Source of the DNA: Glaucostegus cemiculus
Taxonomy: Eukaryota
Assembly (NCBI GenBank): GCA_976551045.1
Contig: CDPCPM010000370.1
Coordinates: 2,294,001 to 2,358,000, forward strand
Length of the DNA stretch: 64,000 nucleotides
Reading direction: 5' to 3'
In this document: one piece after another, positions 50,576-62,830 of the stretch
How the letters are laid out: every line of letters begins with the position of its first letter
How positions within the stretch are numbered: position 1 is the first letter of the stretch
Notes under the pieces: generated by a model
Told to the model about the DNA's origin: nothing
Seen by the model: the letters and a program-made list of their open reading frames with translations, nothing else
The model's database searches: none
Translations under genes and position numbers: made by a program

Positions 50576-51021
50576 GGTCTCATGGCACAGACCTGCACGG
50601 CAGAACTGCAGACAAGGACGCAGGAGATAGTTTTTTTTAAAAAAAAACGAACGTGTTCCTTTCCGATAATCAGCGGAAAACCTGACAGGGAAATCTGGTG
50701 ACCCGTCTCCAGGAAGGTTGCTGAAATTCTAGAGCTGATATATTGGCTCCTCGCCAGAATGCTGGATGTACCAGAAGACAATGTCAGCACCGAGTGTTGC
50801 AGGGTAACTGCAGTTCAGTGGTACAGCTCGTCCTTCTTCAGTTGTCAGTTCAGGCGGACACTGGGACACTGGATCATCGCCACAGGCTCCTGCAAAGCAG
50901 TACAGAAACCTGTGAGAAGTCTGGAAGTGGGTTAAAGCCACTGACGGCACTGACGACAGTTCAACAGAGACTCACTGTTGAGCATGAACGTAACAATGAG
51001 TATTGTCCAGAGGAAGTACAT
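50576..51021 (-). pseudogene. TRAV: TCR V pseudogene V15, family B (leader 51021-50976, V exon 50889-50576)
   Basis: In-frame TAG at 50731-50729 and a frameshifting T8A9 tract at 50631-50647. RSS CACGCTG-23-ACAAAAATA at 50575-50537. Confidence 0.88.
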
Positions 51022-51175
51022 TTTGTCTGCTTTAAAAACAGATGGAGGATGCGCCGTGGTTATCCGCCATGTGGGAAAATAAAAATCAGTTGTAGGTTTC
51101 TCTTTATAGAGTCAAGGTGGGGGGGTTGCTTTCCCTGGTGTCTGAGTTGCAGTCTCCCATTTTAGCACATTCCTT

Positions 51176-51314
51176 NNNNNNNNNNNNNNNNNNNNNNNNN
51201 NNNNNNNNNNNNNNNNNNNNNNNNNNNNNNNNNNNNNNNNNNNNNNNNNNNNNNNNNNNNNNNNNNNNNNNNNNNNNNNNNNNNNNNNNNNNNNNNNNNN
51301 NNNNNNNNNNNNNN
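51176..51314. other. Assembly gap
   Basis: Run of N. Confidence 0.99.
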
Positions 51315-52587
51315 GAATCTCTGTTCCTTTCTCCTTTTCTATTTCTTTCTCACTATTTCTCTCTGGTTCTCTCTCTCTCCCTCTCAAAGGACACCACCTC
51401 TCTGAATGAATCCTTTGTGTTTTCGCCTCGGATCCGATAAGTGTGAGGCAACAGGGGACAAGGGAATGCTTATTTTTGGGAGAATACGGGGCGTTACCCT
51501 GATGCCAGATTAGCTGGAGTTTCACAACTGGAGGAATTGTAAAGTCCCACAAAACACCTCGTAATCCGAGCCCGACAGCTGCCGCATAACACTCTGATTT
51601 AGATTTCTGGATCTTACAGAAGTTTCTGTCTCCCGAAGACCTGTTTCAAAGGGCGACTTTCGAGAAGACTTGGTATCAAAGGAATGCACCTGATCGGCTG
51701 CAGAAACGTCTCGACCAGCACAGTCCTCTCAGCAGCCTGATCTAAGACCACGGTCATTGTCATGAACTCAGGCAGCAAAGCGGTTCCTAAGGGCGATTGA
51801 ATACATCTTCACCGTCAAGCAGACATTTGGACAAACCTGACACTAATACCGTATCTACCCTCCTTTCTGTCCCACCCATCTCTTTGCTTCCAATTGTAAC
51901 ACCTAAAGGTATCGGCAGCTTATATTGACCAATTACGCCACAGAATATGCATGTGTTTCACAAATGAGAAAGGGAACCGGAGCACCCAATGGAAACACAC
52001 GGTGTCACCAGGACAATGTGCAAACAGGAGTTGATCGATCCTGAGTTTTGGGATCAGTCAATTTTAGGAAAACAAACGTTGTAGTAAAATCTGAGGAATA
52101 AAGGGTACAGAGTTCATGCTCCCCTTGCAGACCTGCGGCTGCATGACGGTCTGGTTCACCCAACTGCCTCGTAATTACCATGAGCAACAAGACATTATCG
52201 TGAAAAATGGTGTGCTGTGAAACTTTAATCGGCTGTCTGGTGGTCAGAATCAAGGAGGACACTGTACAGATCGCAAGAACTATTGGACATACAGAAACAT
52301 GGACGTCATTGGTAATCCAACAAAAAACGACGAAGAGGAAGACACCTCTTGATAATTCAATGAACTGTCATTGTAAAGGTTAGCAGAGGTTGGGCGGGAG
52401 AGTTACGAAGGAAGGGGCATTTCAAATATGGGGGACAGCGGAAGGAACGGGCCTTATCTCTTTGAACAGAGAATGATTGAAACGCATTTCCTAAAAAAAT
52501 ACTCCCAGAAAATTCAGTCTCCCGTCACAATTCATGACAAGAGCAAGTGCGACCTCTGGTGAGCAATCGCTGAAAACTATGGGGATC

Positions 52588-52626
52588 GGTTTTTGTTCGG
52601 GTCTGCTGCTTTTCTGTCGCAGTGTG
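52588..52626 (-). other. 23-RSS of V16
   Basis: CACACTG, 23 bp spacer, ACAAAAACC. Confidence 0.92.
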
Positions 52627-53065
52627 GGACTCATGGCACAGAGATACACGGCGGAGTCGGAGATGAGCACACCGGTGATAGTCAATGGAACCGAACGGGT
52701 TTCTTTCTGATAAACAGCAGAAAACCTGTCAGGAAAATCTGGTGACCGGTCTACTTGTCCGCTGGTGAAACTCCTCAGTAGATATATCGGCCACTCTCCG
52801 GTATAGTGGATGTACCAGAAGACGGTGTTTGCAGCTAATGTTGCGGGGTAACTACAGTTCAATGTTATAGTTCGTCCTTCTTCCGCCATCAGTTCAGGCG
52901 GATCCTGGGACAGTAAATTGTCGCCACAGGCTCCTAGAAAAAAAACACAGAAATTATGAGGAGACTGGATGTGCATCGAAGCCAAAGACCGCACAGGAAG
53001 CATTTAAATGGAGACTTACCGTGGAACATCAGCATTATCATCAGTGTGTACCACCGGTAGATCAT
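52627..53065 (-). CDS. TRAV: TCR V segment V16, family B, intact (leader 53065-53020, V exon 52933-52627)
   Basis: Leader MIYRWYTLMIMLMFH|G, motifs FWYIH and YLCAMSP. Confidence 0.9.
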
Positions 53066-54873
53066 GGTGTTTGCTTTGTCAGCAGACGGGATCACGTCTT
53101 TGAATCTACCGTGTTTGTGATTCGGATCCGAGAAGTGTGAAGATATAGAGATCAGGTGCAAGCTTGTCTTTTGGAGAGACGGGGGGCGTTTCCCTGGTGC
53201 ATGATTGGCTGGATTCTCACCACTGTCGCGATTTGAGCACGTGCATTCTTCCCATAAGAACGCCAATCAGATCTCTCTCTCACTCTCTATATCGATCTCT
53301 ATCTCCACCTCCCTCGAAACTGGTACGTTGACTCTCATTCTCGTTCTCCCTCTCTCTTTGTCTCTCTTTAATTGCCTAGAAGTTTAACTGCCTGTTTCAT
53401 TCTCCTGGCAAGCACTGTTTCTCAATGTACACTACTCGTCATCACTCATTCGCTTTTAACATGACTATCTGAATCTTTTACCGCACGAGACTATTTCTCC
53501 CTTTCTCCAACTCAGTCGCCCATTGCCCCGGTGTCTCCCTCTTTCGTATTCCAGTGTTGGGGCATCGCCATTTCCCTTTCATTAAGGTTCTGACCTGAGT
53601 TTTTGCTTTCTCCTTTCTCGCCGTTTCTCCGACGTGTCGCATAAAAGTCACGACTTGCAAAACTCATATCATTTCTCTTTCATCTTTGCTTGATGGCTTC
53701 GAAGTGTTCTTTGCACGCCATGATGCCCAGTAACTCATCGAGAATCAGTAGGTTTGTGAATCCACTGCATTCTGGCATCACGATTAGGCACTGTGACAGA
53801 GTCAACTGCAAGTTCCAAAAACAACCCAGGTCAACCGAGTCATACTGCTGCAATACGATTCTCTGCCTTTAAATTTCTGTATTGGTGCAGCCTCGGTATG
53901 CTCCTGACCTGTCTCAATGATACATTTTCTGGCAGACCAATGAAGTGTTCCTGATCAGTCAAAGCAGTCCTCCAAAACACAGACACGTCAAGATCAGGAC
54001 AGTCGTCTGACGACTCTGATCTAATGCCACAGCCACAGTCGTCGATGTCTGCACTGAAGCAGGTCAATTGGCCCACTGGATTCGGCTTGAACAGCAAGCA
54101 CACATTTGGACAAATCGAAAGCGAATCCCCCCTCTTATCTCCCTTCTGTGCCCTCACATTGCCAGTATTATTCGCCGACAGATTCACTGCAGAGTTTTAC
54201 GCAGCTTGCATTGATGAATTATGCCACTTCCCGTAAGTCTGTCAGGTTGAAGAGAGGAAACGGAGCTACAGTGAAAACACATGGTATCACAAGGAAAACG
54301 TGAATACAGGACAAGATCGATCCTGGGATTTGGGATCATTCAATTTTAGGAAAACAAAAGTTGTAGTAAAATCTGAGGAATAAAGGGAACAGTTCAGTCT
54401 TCCCTTGCAGACATGCGTCTGCATGACGGCTTGGCTCATCCATCTCTCTCATAATTAACCTGAACAACAAGGCAAAATATCGTGAAAATGGCGTGCTGTG
54501 AAACTTTAATCGGCTATGTGTAGGATGGATATAATCAAGGAGAGCACTGTACAGATCGCAAAAACTATTGGACGTACAGAAGCATGGAGGTTATTGGTAA
54601 TCCAACAAAAAACGATGAAGAGGAAGACACCTCTTGATATTTCAATAAACTGCCATTGTTCAGGTTGGCAGGAGTTGGGCGGGAGAGTTACAAAGGAAGG
54701 GGCATTTCAAATATGGAGGAGACCGGAAGGAACGGACCTTCTTTCTTTGAACAGAGAATGATGAAAACGCATTTGCTGATAAAAGAAACTCCGAAAGATT
54801 CAGTCTCTCGTCGCAACTCATGACAAGGGCAAGTGCGACCTCTGGTGAGCAATCGCTGAAAATGCTGGGGATC

Positions 54874-54912
54874 GGTTTTTGTTCGGGTCTGCTGCTTTTC
54901 TATCGCAGTGTG
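54874..54912 (-). other. 23-RSS of V17
   Basis: CACACTG, 23 bp spacer, ACAAAAACC. Confidence 0.92.
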
Positions 54913-55359
54913 GGCTCCATGCCACAAAGATAGACGGCAGAGTCAGAGATAAGGACACCAGTGATAGTGAATGAAACCGATAGGGATTCTTTCCGATAAA
55001 CAGCTGAAAACCTTTCAGAAAAATCTGGTGACCGTTGTCCTTGTCCGCTGGGGAAACTCCTCAATAGAAATATCGGCCCCTCCCCGGGATAGTGGATATA
55101 CCAGAAAACAGTGTCTGCAGCTAACGTTGCGGGGTAACTACAGTTCAATATTACTGTTCGTCCTTCTTCCGCCTTCAGTTCAGGAGGATCCTGGGACGGT
55201 GACTTGTCGCCGCAGGCTCCTACAAAAAATACACACAGAGAAATTCATAATGAGCAGTCTGGATGTGAATCGAAGCCACCCATCACACTGGAAGCAGTTA
55301 AATGGAGACTTACCGTGGAACATCAGCATTATTATCAGTATGGACCACCGAGAGGTCAT
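54913..55359 (-). CDS. TRAV: TCR V segment V17, family B, intact, paralog of V16 (leader 55359-55314, V exon 55219-54913)
   Basis: Leader MTSRWSILIIMLMFH|G, open frame ending YLCGMEP. Confidence 0.88.
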
Positions 55360-57159
55360 GGTGTCCGCTCTGTAAGCAGAAGGGAGCACGTCGAGTGACT
55401 CTATCTTGTTTATGCTTCGGATCCGATAAGCGTGAGGAAATAGAGATCAGGGGCAAGCTTCTTTTTTGAAGAACTAAGGGACGTTTCCCTGGTACTTGAT
55501 TGGCTGTAGTCTCACCACTGTCACGATTTTAGCACGTGCCTTCTTCTCATAATTAGGCCAATCAGATCTCTAGACCCCCCCCCCCACCTCTCTCACTCTC
55601 TTTCTCTCTTTATCGCCACCTCCCTCTGAACTGGTACAATTCCTTTCATTCTCCCTCTCTCTCTGTCTCACTTTGATTGCCTGGATCAACTGTTTCGTTC
55701 TCCTGGTCAACACTGTTTCTCAACGGACACCACGCCTCATCGCTCATTCGCTTTTAACATCACTATCCGAATATTTTGCCACAAAAAACTATTTCTCCCT
55801 TTCTCCATCCCTCTCCCATATATCCCCGGTGTCCCTCTCAGTGTTGTGGCATAGCCAGTTCCATTTCCTTAAGGTTCTGACCTGAGTTTTTGCTTTCCCC
55901 TTTCTCGCAGTTTCTCCGAGGCGCCGCATGATTGTCACGACTTGCAAAACTGAAACCATATCTCTGTCGTCTTTCTCGATGGCTTCATGTAAGTGTTCTG
56001 TCTACGCCATGATCCCCAGCGGCTTATCGAGAATCAGCTGGTTTGTGAATCCGCTGCACTCTTGCAGCACGAGGAAGCACCGACACAGGATCCACTGTCA
56101 ACTTCCATACACTACACCAGATCATCCAGGTCAAATAGCCACAACACGATTCTCTGCCTTTATAGTTCTGCATTTGTGCAAACTCGGTAGGCTCCTGACC
56201 TGTCTCAATGAGACATTTTCGGGCAGTCTTGGAAGCAAAGTAGTGTACTTAATCGGTCAAAGCAGTCTTCCTAAAGGCATACCCGTCAACATCACGACAG
56301 ACGTCTCACGAGTCTGATTTAATGCCGCAGTGACAGGCCCTTCGTCCCTTTGAATTCGTCTAGAATAGCAAGCACTCGTTTGGACAAACCGAACGCGAAT
56401 TCCACCTCTGTCTTCCCTTCTGTGCTCCCACATCCCCCGGATTCATCACCGACAGGGTCACCGACAAAGTTTTGCGCAGCTTATTGACAAATTATGCCAC
56501 TGACCCGTAAGTCTTTCACGTCTGAGAGAGGAACCGGAACACACAGTGGAAAGAAACGGTGTCAGAGGGAAAACCTGCAAATAGGTCAAGATCGATCCTG
56601 GGTCTCTAGTCTGTTAATTTTCGAAGCACATACCTGTTGCAGAGAACCTGTACAATAGAAAGAAAGGTATTTTCAGGTCCAAGACAAAGTTCAATTTATT
56701 CCCTTGGAGACCTGCGATTGCCTGAGGCCTGATGAATCCATCTCCCTCCGTTACTTGCAACAACAGTAACAGAATGAATCGTTAAAAGCACGGTGCACTG
56801 AAACGTTTACTGGCATGTAGGCAGAATGGAAAGCATCAGGAAGAAGCCTCTTCCGATCGCAAGAACAATTGCACGTGTAGAAAAAATGTAGCTCAGCGGC
56901 TACCCAGCTGAAAACGCCAAAGCTGCAGAAGCATGCAGATAATTCAATAAACAGTGGCTCCAAATATTGGTCGGAGTGGGGAGGGAGTGTTATGGAGGAA
57001 GGACCATTTCAAATGTGCAGAACATTTAGGCTCATCCATTGAACATAGAATATTTCAAAACAAATTTGCTGCAAAATGTGAAGAGTTTCTGTCTCTGATA
57101 ACCTCTCTTTTCCGGTAAAATGCACTCCTGGTGAGGGATCGCTGGAACTGTCATGTTGT

Positions 57160-57256
57160 GGTCTGTTGTTGGATCTCTTCTGTGACGCATTGCGAGCCAC
57201 ATGAGAGTGGTTAAAGGAGCCGAACAAGTTTATTTCCGACTGTAAGCAGGAAACCT
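57160..57256 (-). pseudogene. V relic: decayed RSS plus a framework-3 fragment
   Basis: gagagtggttaaaggagccgaacaagtttatttcc...gcaggaaacct aligns by eye to family B FR3. It sits at the V position of a family B repeat unit. Confidence 0.6.
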
Positions 57257-58010
57257 AGTTCAGCAGTGAAGCAGGCCCATCGCCCAAATTGATTCGACTT
57301 GACCTGCAAGCACACACTAATCCTATCCAACTTCTAAACAGTGTGAACCACCATGTTCTGACAGTCACCTACAAAACGATAGGCAGCTTCTGTGCCACAA
57401 ATCCGCAAGTTTTCCGGATTTGGAAAGCGAGCGGGATCACGCAGGAGAAACACACGCGGCAAGAGGGGAAATTTGTAAACAGTTCTGGATCGATCCTGTG
57501 TAGCGGGGTCTGCCAATTGTCGGGTTAAAAATATCTTGAAGAGAAACCTGACGAATAAAGCGATAGGTTCATTAATTATGCGCCAAACTCAACAGGTCGA
57601 ACACGCGGTTGAATTCCCACCCAGCAGTCCTAAGTTTGCTGGACGGCTTGGTGCATCCATCTGCCTTGGTAAATGACACAGCAATAAGCGGATGTATCAT
57701 TGAAATGTCTGATTGCAGAACATTTATCGGCCGCAGGCAGGATGGAAAGAAATCAATGAGAGCACTCTACCAATTACAAGACATTGCAAGGGCAATCAAC
57801 GGTTATCCATAAAGTTGGTAATTCAATAAAATGGCCCTGCAAATATTGATAGGAGTGGGCGGAAGAGTCACGGAGGAAAGTGAATTTGAAGTGCGGAGAA
57901 TATTGGGATGGTTGGGGCTCTTCTCTTTGGAATACGGAATGTTTGAAACAGATTTGTTGAAGATTCCGAGGGGTTGGTAGCGCTCATCTCTTCTGCTTAC
58001 CGGGGCAAGT

Positions 58011-58024
58011 GCGCCCTCTGGTTT
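58011..58024 (-). promoter_or_regulatory. Putative CTCF-binding element 3' of V18 RSS
   Basis: AAACCAGAGGGCGC with upstream CAGT. Confidence 0.65.
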
Positions 58025-58049
58025 GTGAAGGATGAAACTGTTGGGGTTC

Positions 58050-58088
58050 GGTTTTTGTTCGGCTCTGCTGCTTTTATGTCACAGCGTG
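58050..58088 (-). other. 23-RSS of V18
   Basis: CACGCTG, 23 bp spacer, ACAAAAACC. Confidence 0.88.
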
Positions 58089-58526
58089 GGGCTCATGGCA
58101 CAGAGATACACGGCAGAGTCGGAGACAAGAACTCCGGAGATAGTTAAAGGGACCGAACGAGCTTCTTTCCAATAAACAGCAGAAAATCGCTCAGTGAAAT
58201 CTGGTGACCGGTCTCCAGGCAGGCTGCTGAAACTCTTAAGCAGATATCTCGGCTTTTCTCTAGGAGACTGGATGTACCAAAAGACAGCACTAGTACCGAA
58301 TGCTGCCGGGTAACTGCAGTTCAGTGTTACTGTTCGTCCTTCCTCAGTCGTCAGTTCAGGCGGATACTGGGACATTGAATCATCGCCAAAGGCTCCTGCA
58401 AAGAAGCGCATAATTATTGAGCTGTCTATAAGTGAATCCAAGCCACGGTCCACACAGGAGACAGTTGAGCAGACACTCACCGTGGAACATAGACATCACA
58501 ATCAGGATCGACCAGAGTGCGCACAT
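58089..58526 (-). CDS. TRAV: TCR V segment V18, family B, intact (leader 58526-58481, V exon 58395-58089)
   Basis: Leader MCALWSILIVMSMFH|G, motifs FWYIQ and YLCAMSP. Confidence 0.9.
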
Positions 58527-60044
58527 TGTTTCTGCTTTGGAAACAAATGGGGCAAGTCAAATTAATCCCTCGTCTTTATGCCGCGGATCATATATGTGCG
58601 TGGAAATAAAGATCGGGGCAGGCTTCTCTTTTGGAAGATTCAAGGGCGTTTCTCTGATCTTCGATTGGCTGATCTTCGATTGGCCGATCTCTCACAACTG
58701 TTTGAATACAGGCCTATTTCCTGCACGTATGCTGATTGGACTTCTCTTTCTCGCTCTCTCCACGCTACTTCTCGACCCGAATTCCTCCTTCTCATTCTCT
58801 CTCGCTCTCTCTTCCTCTCCCTTTTCTCTCCTTTCTAATGGCTGCCATTTTCTTGTTTTTAAAGGACATCACTCCCACATCTCACTCACTATTAACATTA
58901 CTATTCAAATCCTTTACCAATTGATCATTTTTTCCTGCCTCTCTCTCCCGCTCTCCTTGCCCCGGCATCTTGCCCTTTCGTATTCCAGCTTTATGGCATC
59001 TCCAGCTCCCTTCTTAAAAATCCTAACTCGCACTTTTTCTTCGTCCTCTTTCGCTGATTCTCTGCCAAGTTGAGTTAATATCACGATTTGCAACATTCGA
59101 AGGATATCCCCGTTATCATGGCTTGTTGGCTTCATGTAAATGTAATAATACGCCCTGATTCGCAACAAACAACGTGGAATCAGCCTTTTTTTTCTCTGCC
59201 GCTACGCTCTGACAGCAGACAACACCACTCCGACAGGCTCAACTGACAATTTCAACAATCTTACCTCAGGACATCTCTGTCGTTTTGCTGCAGCATGAAT
59301 CTCTGTGGTTTCTTTTCTTCATTTCAGTGTAGATTCGGTCTCCGAGTGATCTCTCACCACAAACCAGATTCGGGGAGTCTTCCCAGCAACGAAGAGTACC
59401 TCATCGGTCAATGCAAACTTCCAGACCTTAAACCCGTCAAGAAGAGGACAGTTCGTTCACGACCGTACCGGCGATCTGGCCCACAATTGGTCAAATATTT
59501 GTAAATAGATAATAAACCGTAACTACCTGTGAAAACAATCGCCGACACACGGAGAAGGTTGAAAATCGACACGGAGACAGAGCAGGAGGTTGGAATCAAA
59601 CCCGCGTCGCCTGGGACCTCAGGAGGTTGCCCGACCGGTTGTTGTCCAGTTCCGGACAAAAAAAAATTCTTATCGTGAATCCCGCCGAGCAAATGTCGAA
59701 GAGTGATATCAACTTTCCTCTCGAATGTCTATAGTTGCCTGACGGTCCCGTGCATCACTACGCCTCGGGAATTGTCAACAGGAAAAAGAAGGAAAATCGT
59801 GAAAATCTGTCCACGGTAAATCGCAGTGTAAGCAGGGTTGAAGGAATCACGGAGGACCCTGTAGCGATCACAAAATTATTGCAGGTGCAATTACATGCAC
59901 TTCAACTGTTATCCAGCTGCAGAGACAAAAGATGTAAAAATTAATAAAACGATGCTGTAAATATTGTTTGGTCTGGTGGACAAGGGGGATTACTGACGGA
60001 TGACGAGTTTCTGTCTCTGAGCACCTTTGTTTACTGGGGTACGT

Positions 60045-60058
60045 GCGCCATCTAGTGC
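60045..60058 (-). promoter_or_regulatory. Putative CTCF-binding element 3' of V19 RSS
   Basis: GCACTAGATGGCGC with upstream AGCAGT. Confidence 0.7.
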
Positions 60059-60121
60059 CAGCTCACTGAAACTGCTGTGTTGGGTTTTTGTTCGGATCTG
60101 TTGTCTCTCTGCCACAGTGCG

Positions 60122-60557
60122 GGCCTCATAGCACAGAGATAGACGGCAGAGTCGAACACATTGACCCCGGAGATAAATAAAGGCACCGTCCGATTTTCTT
60201 TCTGAGAAACAGCAGAAAATCTGGCTGTGAAACCTGGTGACCGGTTCAAGGATCCAGTGGCATCTGTCTGCACTGTGGATCTGGGCGCTTCACTGGGATA
60301 CTGGACGTACCAGAAGAAGGTGTCAGCAACGAATTCTGCAGGATAACTGCAGCTAAGTTTTACCGTTTGTCCTTCTTCAATCGACAGTTCAGGGGGATAC
60401 TAGGTCATCGAGTTATCGCTACATGTTCCTACAACAAAGCAAAGAAACTAAGCAGCCTGGAAGTGAATCGCAGGTCGAGTCCGCACAGGAATCAGTTATA
60501 TAGACACTCACCGGGGTACACCGACATTGTAATCATTAAGGACCAAAGAAAAGTCAT
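60122..60557 (-). pseudogene. TRAV: TCR V pseudogene V19 (leader 60557-60512, V exon 60428-60122)
   Basis: TAG in place of the FR1 Gln codon (60402-60400). Heptamer CGCACTG breaks the essential CAC. Nonamer ACAAAAACC is intact at 60091-60083. Confidence 0.88.
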
Positions 60558-61852
60558 TGTGTCCAGGTCAGGTATAGCTAGGGAAGAGACATGTGATTCC
60601 ACCGTGTTTATGCCCCGGATCCGATATCAGTGCGGAAGCAGATGAGGAGCAGGTTTTTCTTTTACTGGAGAGGAAGGGGCGTTTCCTTGTGCGTCTGATG
60701 GGCTGGTCGCTCAGAAGTGATGCAAAACCAGCACATGTCTTCTTGCTTTGCGTGTGCAGGAAGTCTCTCACCACCCCCCCCCCCCCCACCTCTGATTTTC
60801 TCGAAGTCTAGCTGTTCCTCTCGTTCGCCTACAATTTTGCTCGTTTCCAGAGTATACTTCGCCTCCCTGCGGTATGACTTACTTTGGACAGACGAGGAGG
60901 CATTTCCCTTGGGCATAGTTGCTCCTGGAATGTGTGAGCACTTCGCCCCGTATGCCTTTAATTTTGCATGACATTGGTGCTTCATATTATCGATTCAAAC
61001 GAAAAGACACAAATCAGGTTTATTCACACACCCAGTCAGTTAAAGCTTTACTCCAGCCGTTTTTCCGTGTACAGAGCACTATCCTTTACGCGTGGGCGGT
61101 GAAGTAACAACGTTTACACTGTGCTCACGAAGTCCACGTTTCTTTGCTCTTCCTGAGTCGGATTGGACAGATGCTGTCATCGCTCCCTTGGATTGAGCTC
61201 TCAGACTTCGCACTCAGTGGCACCGTCCTCGCTCTCTTTGCGGACTGCTGCCGGGTTTCGGCACGGCTGACCTCGAAGCAGAGTTCTCTCTCACCACAAA
61301 GGGGCGTTGTAGCTCACCAACAGGCAGTGCTACCTCTGCCCTGGCTTGCTGTTCGGTGTAGCTTTGCTGCAGCTATCAAAAATTTCTTTTCTCTTGGCCC
61401 ATTGGATGGCAAGTTGGGAGGGCCACTTTTAGTCTCTTCAAAGAATAAAACATTTGGGGAATCATTGAAACGTGCCATCCAACTAAGGTACAGGAAGGAA
61501 GCCAAGGGTCCATTCCATTTGTTTCTCGATTGTTCCTCTTTCTCTGGAACGACATTGATGAGGAATATTAAATGAGCTGATGAATGGGTTGTCATGCGGT
61601 TAATAAATTCTCTTCTTTCACTGAATCAAGAACCTGTTGGCTCAGACTAAATGTCTGGCTCAACGAGTTGCGATGTGGATTCGGATCTTCTGTGACTAAT
61701 ATCAGCTCAGCCAACATTCCCATGATCCTCAAGCAACTGTGCCCTAACACCCCACTCCCACCCCGTGACTCTATTACGGGAATTGTTTGGCCAGAGCATA
61801 ACGAGTTAGCTGGTCTCTCACAAATGACACAAACTGAACTGGTGCATTCTTC

Positions 61853-61993
61853 NNNNNNNNNNNNNNNNNNNNNNNNNNNNNNNNNNNNNNNNNNNNNNNN
61901 NNNNNNNNNNNNNNNNNNNNNNNNNNNNNNNNNNNNNNNNNNNNNNNNNNNNNNNNNNNNNNNNNNNNNNNNNNNNNNNNNNNNNNNNNNNNN
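61853..61993. other. Assembly gap
   Basis: Run of N. Confidence 0.99.
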
Positions 61994-62830
61994 TTATCCT
62001 CCTATGGGCTAGAACCCAAAGTACATTGCACGGCACCATGTTGCAGAACACATGAGTGCTAAATAATTCAACACTGGTTCCTATTTCACGGCCTACCTCT
62101 CTTTCCCTTTGCTCTGATATATGTCTCTTCCACACGCCAGGCTTGCACGCGGAAAACGAGGAAATACGGCAGCCACAAATCGCCTAAAGTTGCGATGGAA
62201 CCCCTGTCACGATGAAACAACCATTTCGGCCGTTTTTCTATGAACAACACATTCTTGCAGTTCAACGTGCGGAAGAATGGGGAAAGGAGCTTCAGTCTTC
62301 GCCAAATTAAAACATCGAAGACTGAATTCAATATCTCTCTCGAAGATCTGTGGATACCTGACCGCCCGATGCATCACCCGGACTCAGGAATCAGCATTAT
62401 CAACAAGGCAAAAGATCGTTCAAAAGCATGTCCCAGTCTGACTCGATTATTGGCCTGCGGACGGGATGGAATTAATTAGAGAGTACAGTCGGTTGATCAT
62501 AACACATACTGCTCGAGTGAAACTTGAAGCTCGACAGTTATCCAGTTAAAAATGACGAAAATGAACAACCTGTTTATCATCCGATACTATCGTACTTCCA
62601 ATGTTGATAGGAGTAAAGTGGAAAAGTAATCTAGAAGGGGGCATCTCAAGTGCGGAGAAAATTGGGAGAGTTTGAGGCTTTTCTCCGAGCAGCTGGGAAC
62701 GTTTGCAACGCATTTCTTGAAAGCTCCCACGAGTTTGTTTATTCTGATGGCCTCTTCTTACACGGTAAAATGCGTGCTCTGGTGGCTGCTCGCTGCAACT
62801 AGCCTGGTTGTTTATTTTGTTCGAAGTCTG

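Larger units (their letters stand above)
51950..56620. repeat. Tandem duplication, about 2.3 kb x2 (V16 and V17 units)
   Basis: Offset of 2286 bp with near-colinear flanks. Confidence 0.8.

Noticed and set aside
58099-58133. Embedded cryptic RSS in FR3 (CACAGAG...ACAAGAACT on the plus strand) for V replacement
   Set aside because: The spacer is 19 bp, neither 12 nor 23, and both motifs are explained by the YLC and VLVS codons.
58432-59073. Long non-V ORFs (also 16826-17413, 24976-25524, 42979-43518, 48726-49241)
   Set aside because: They are low-complexity or antisense frames over promoters and CT tracts, with no recognisable domain, and the frames are not conserved between paralogous units.
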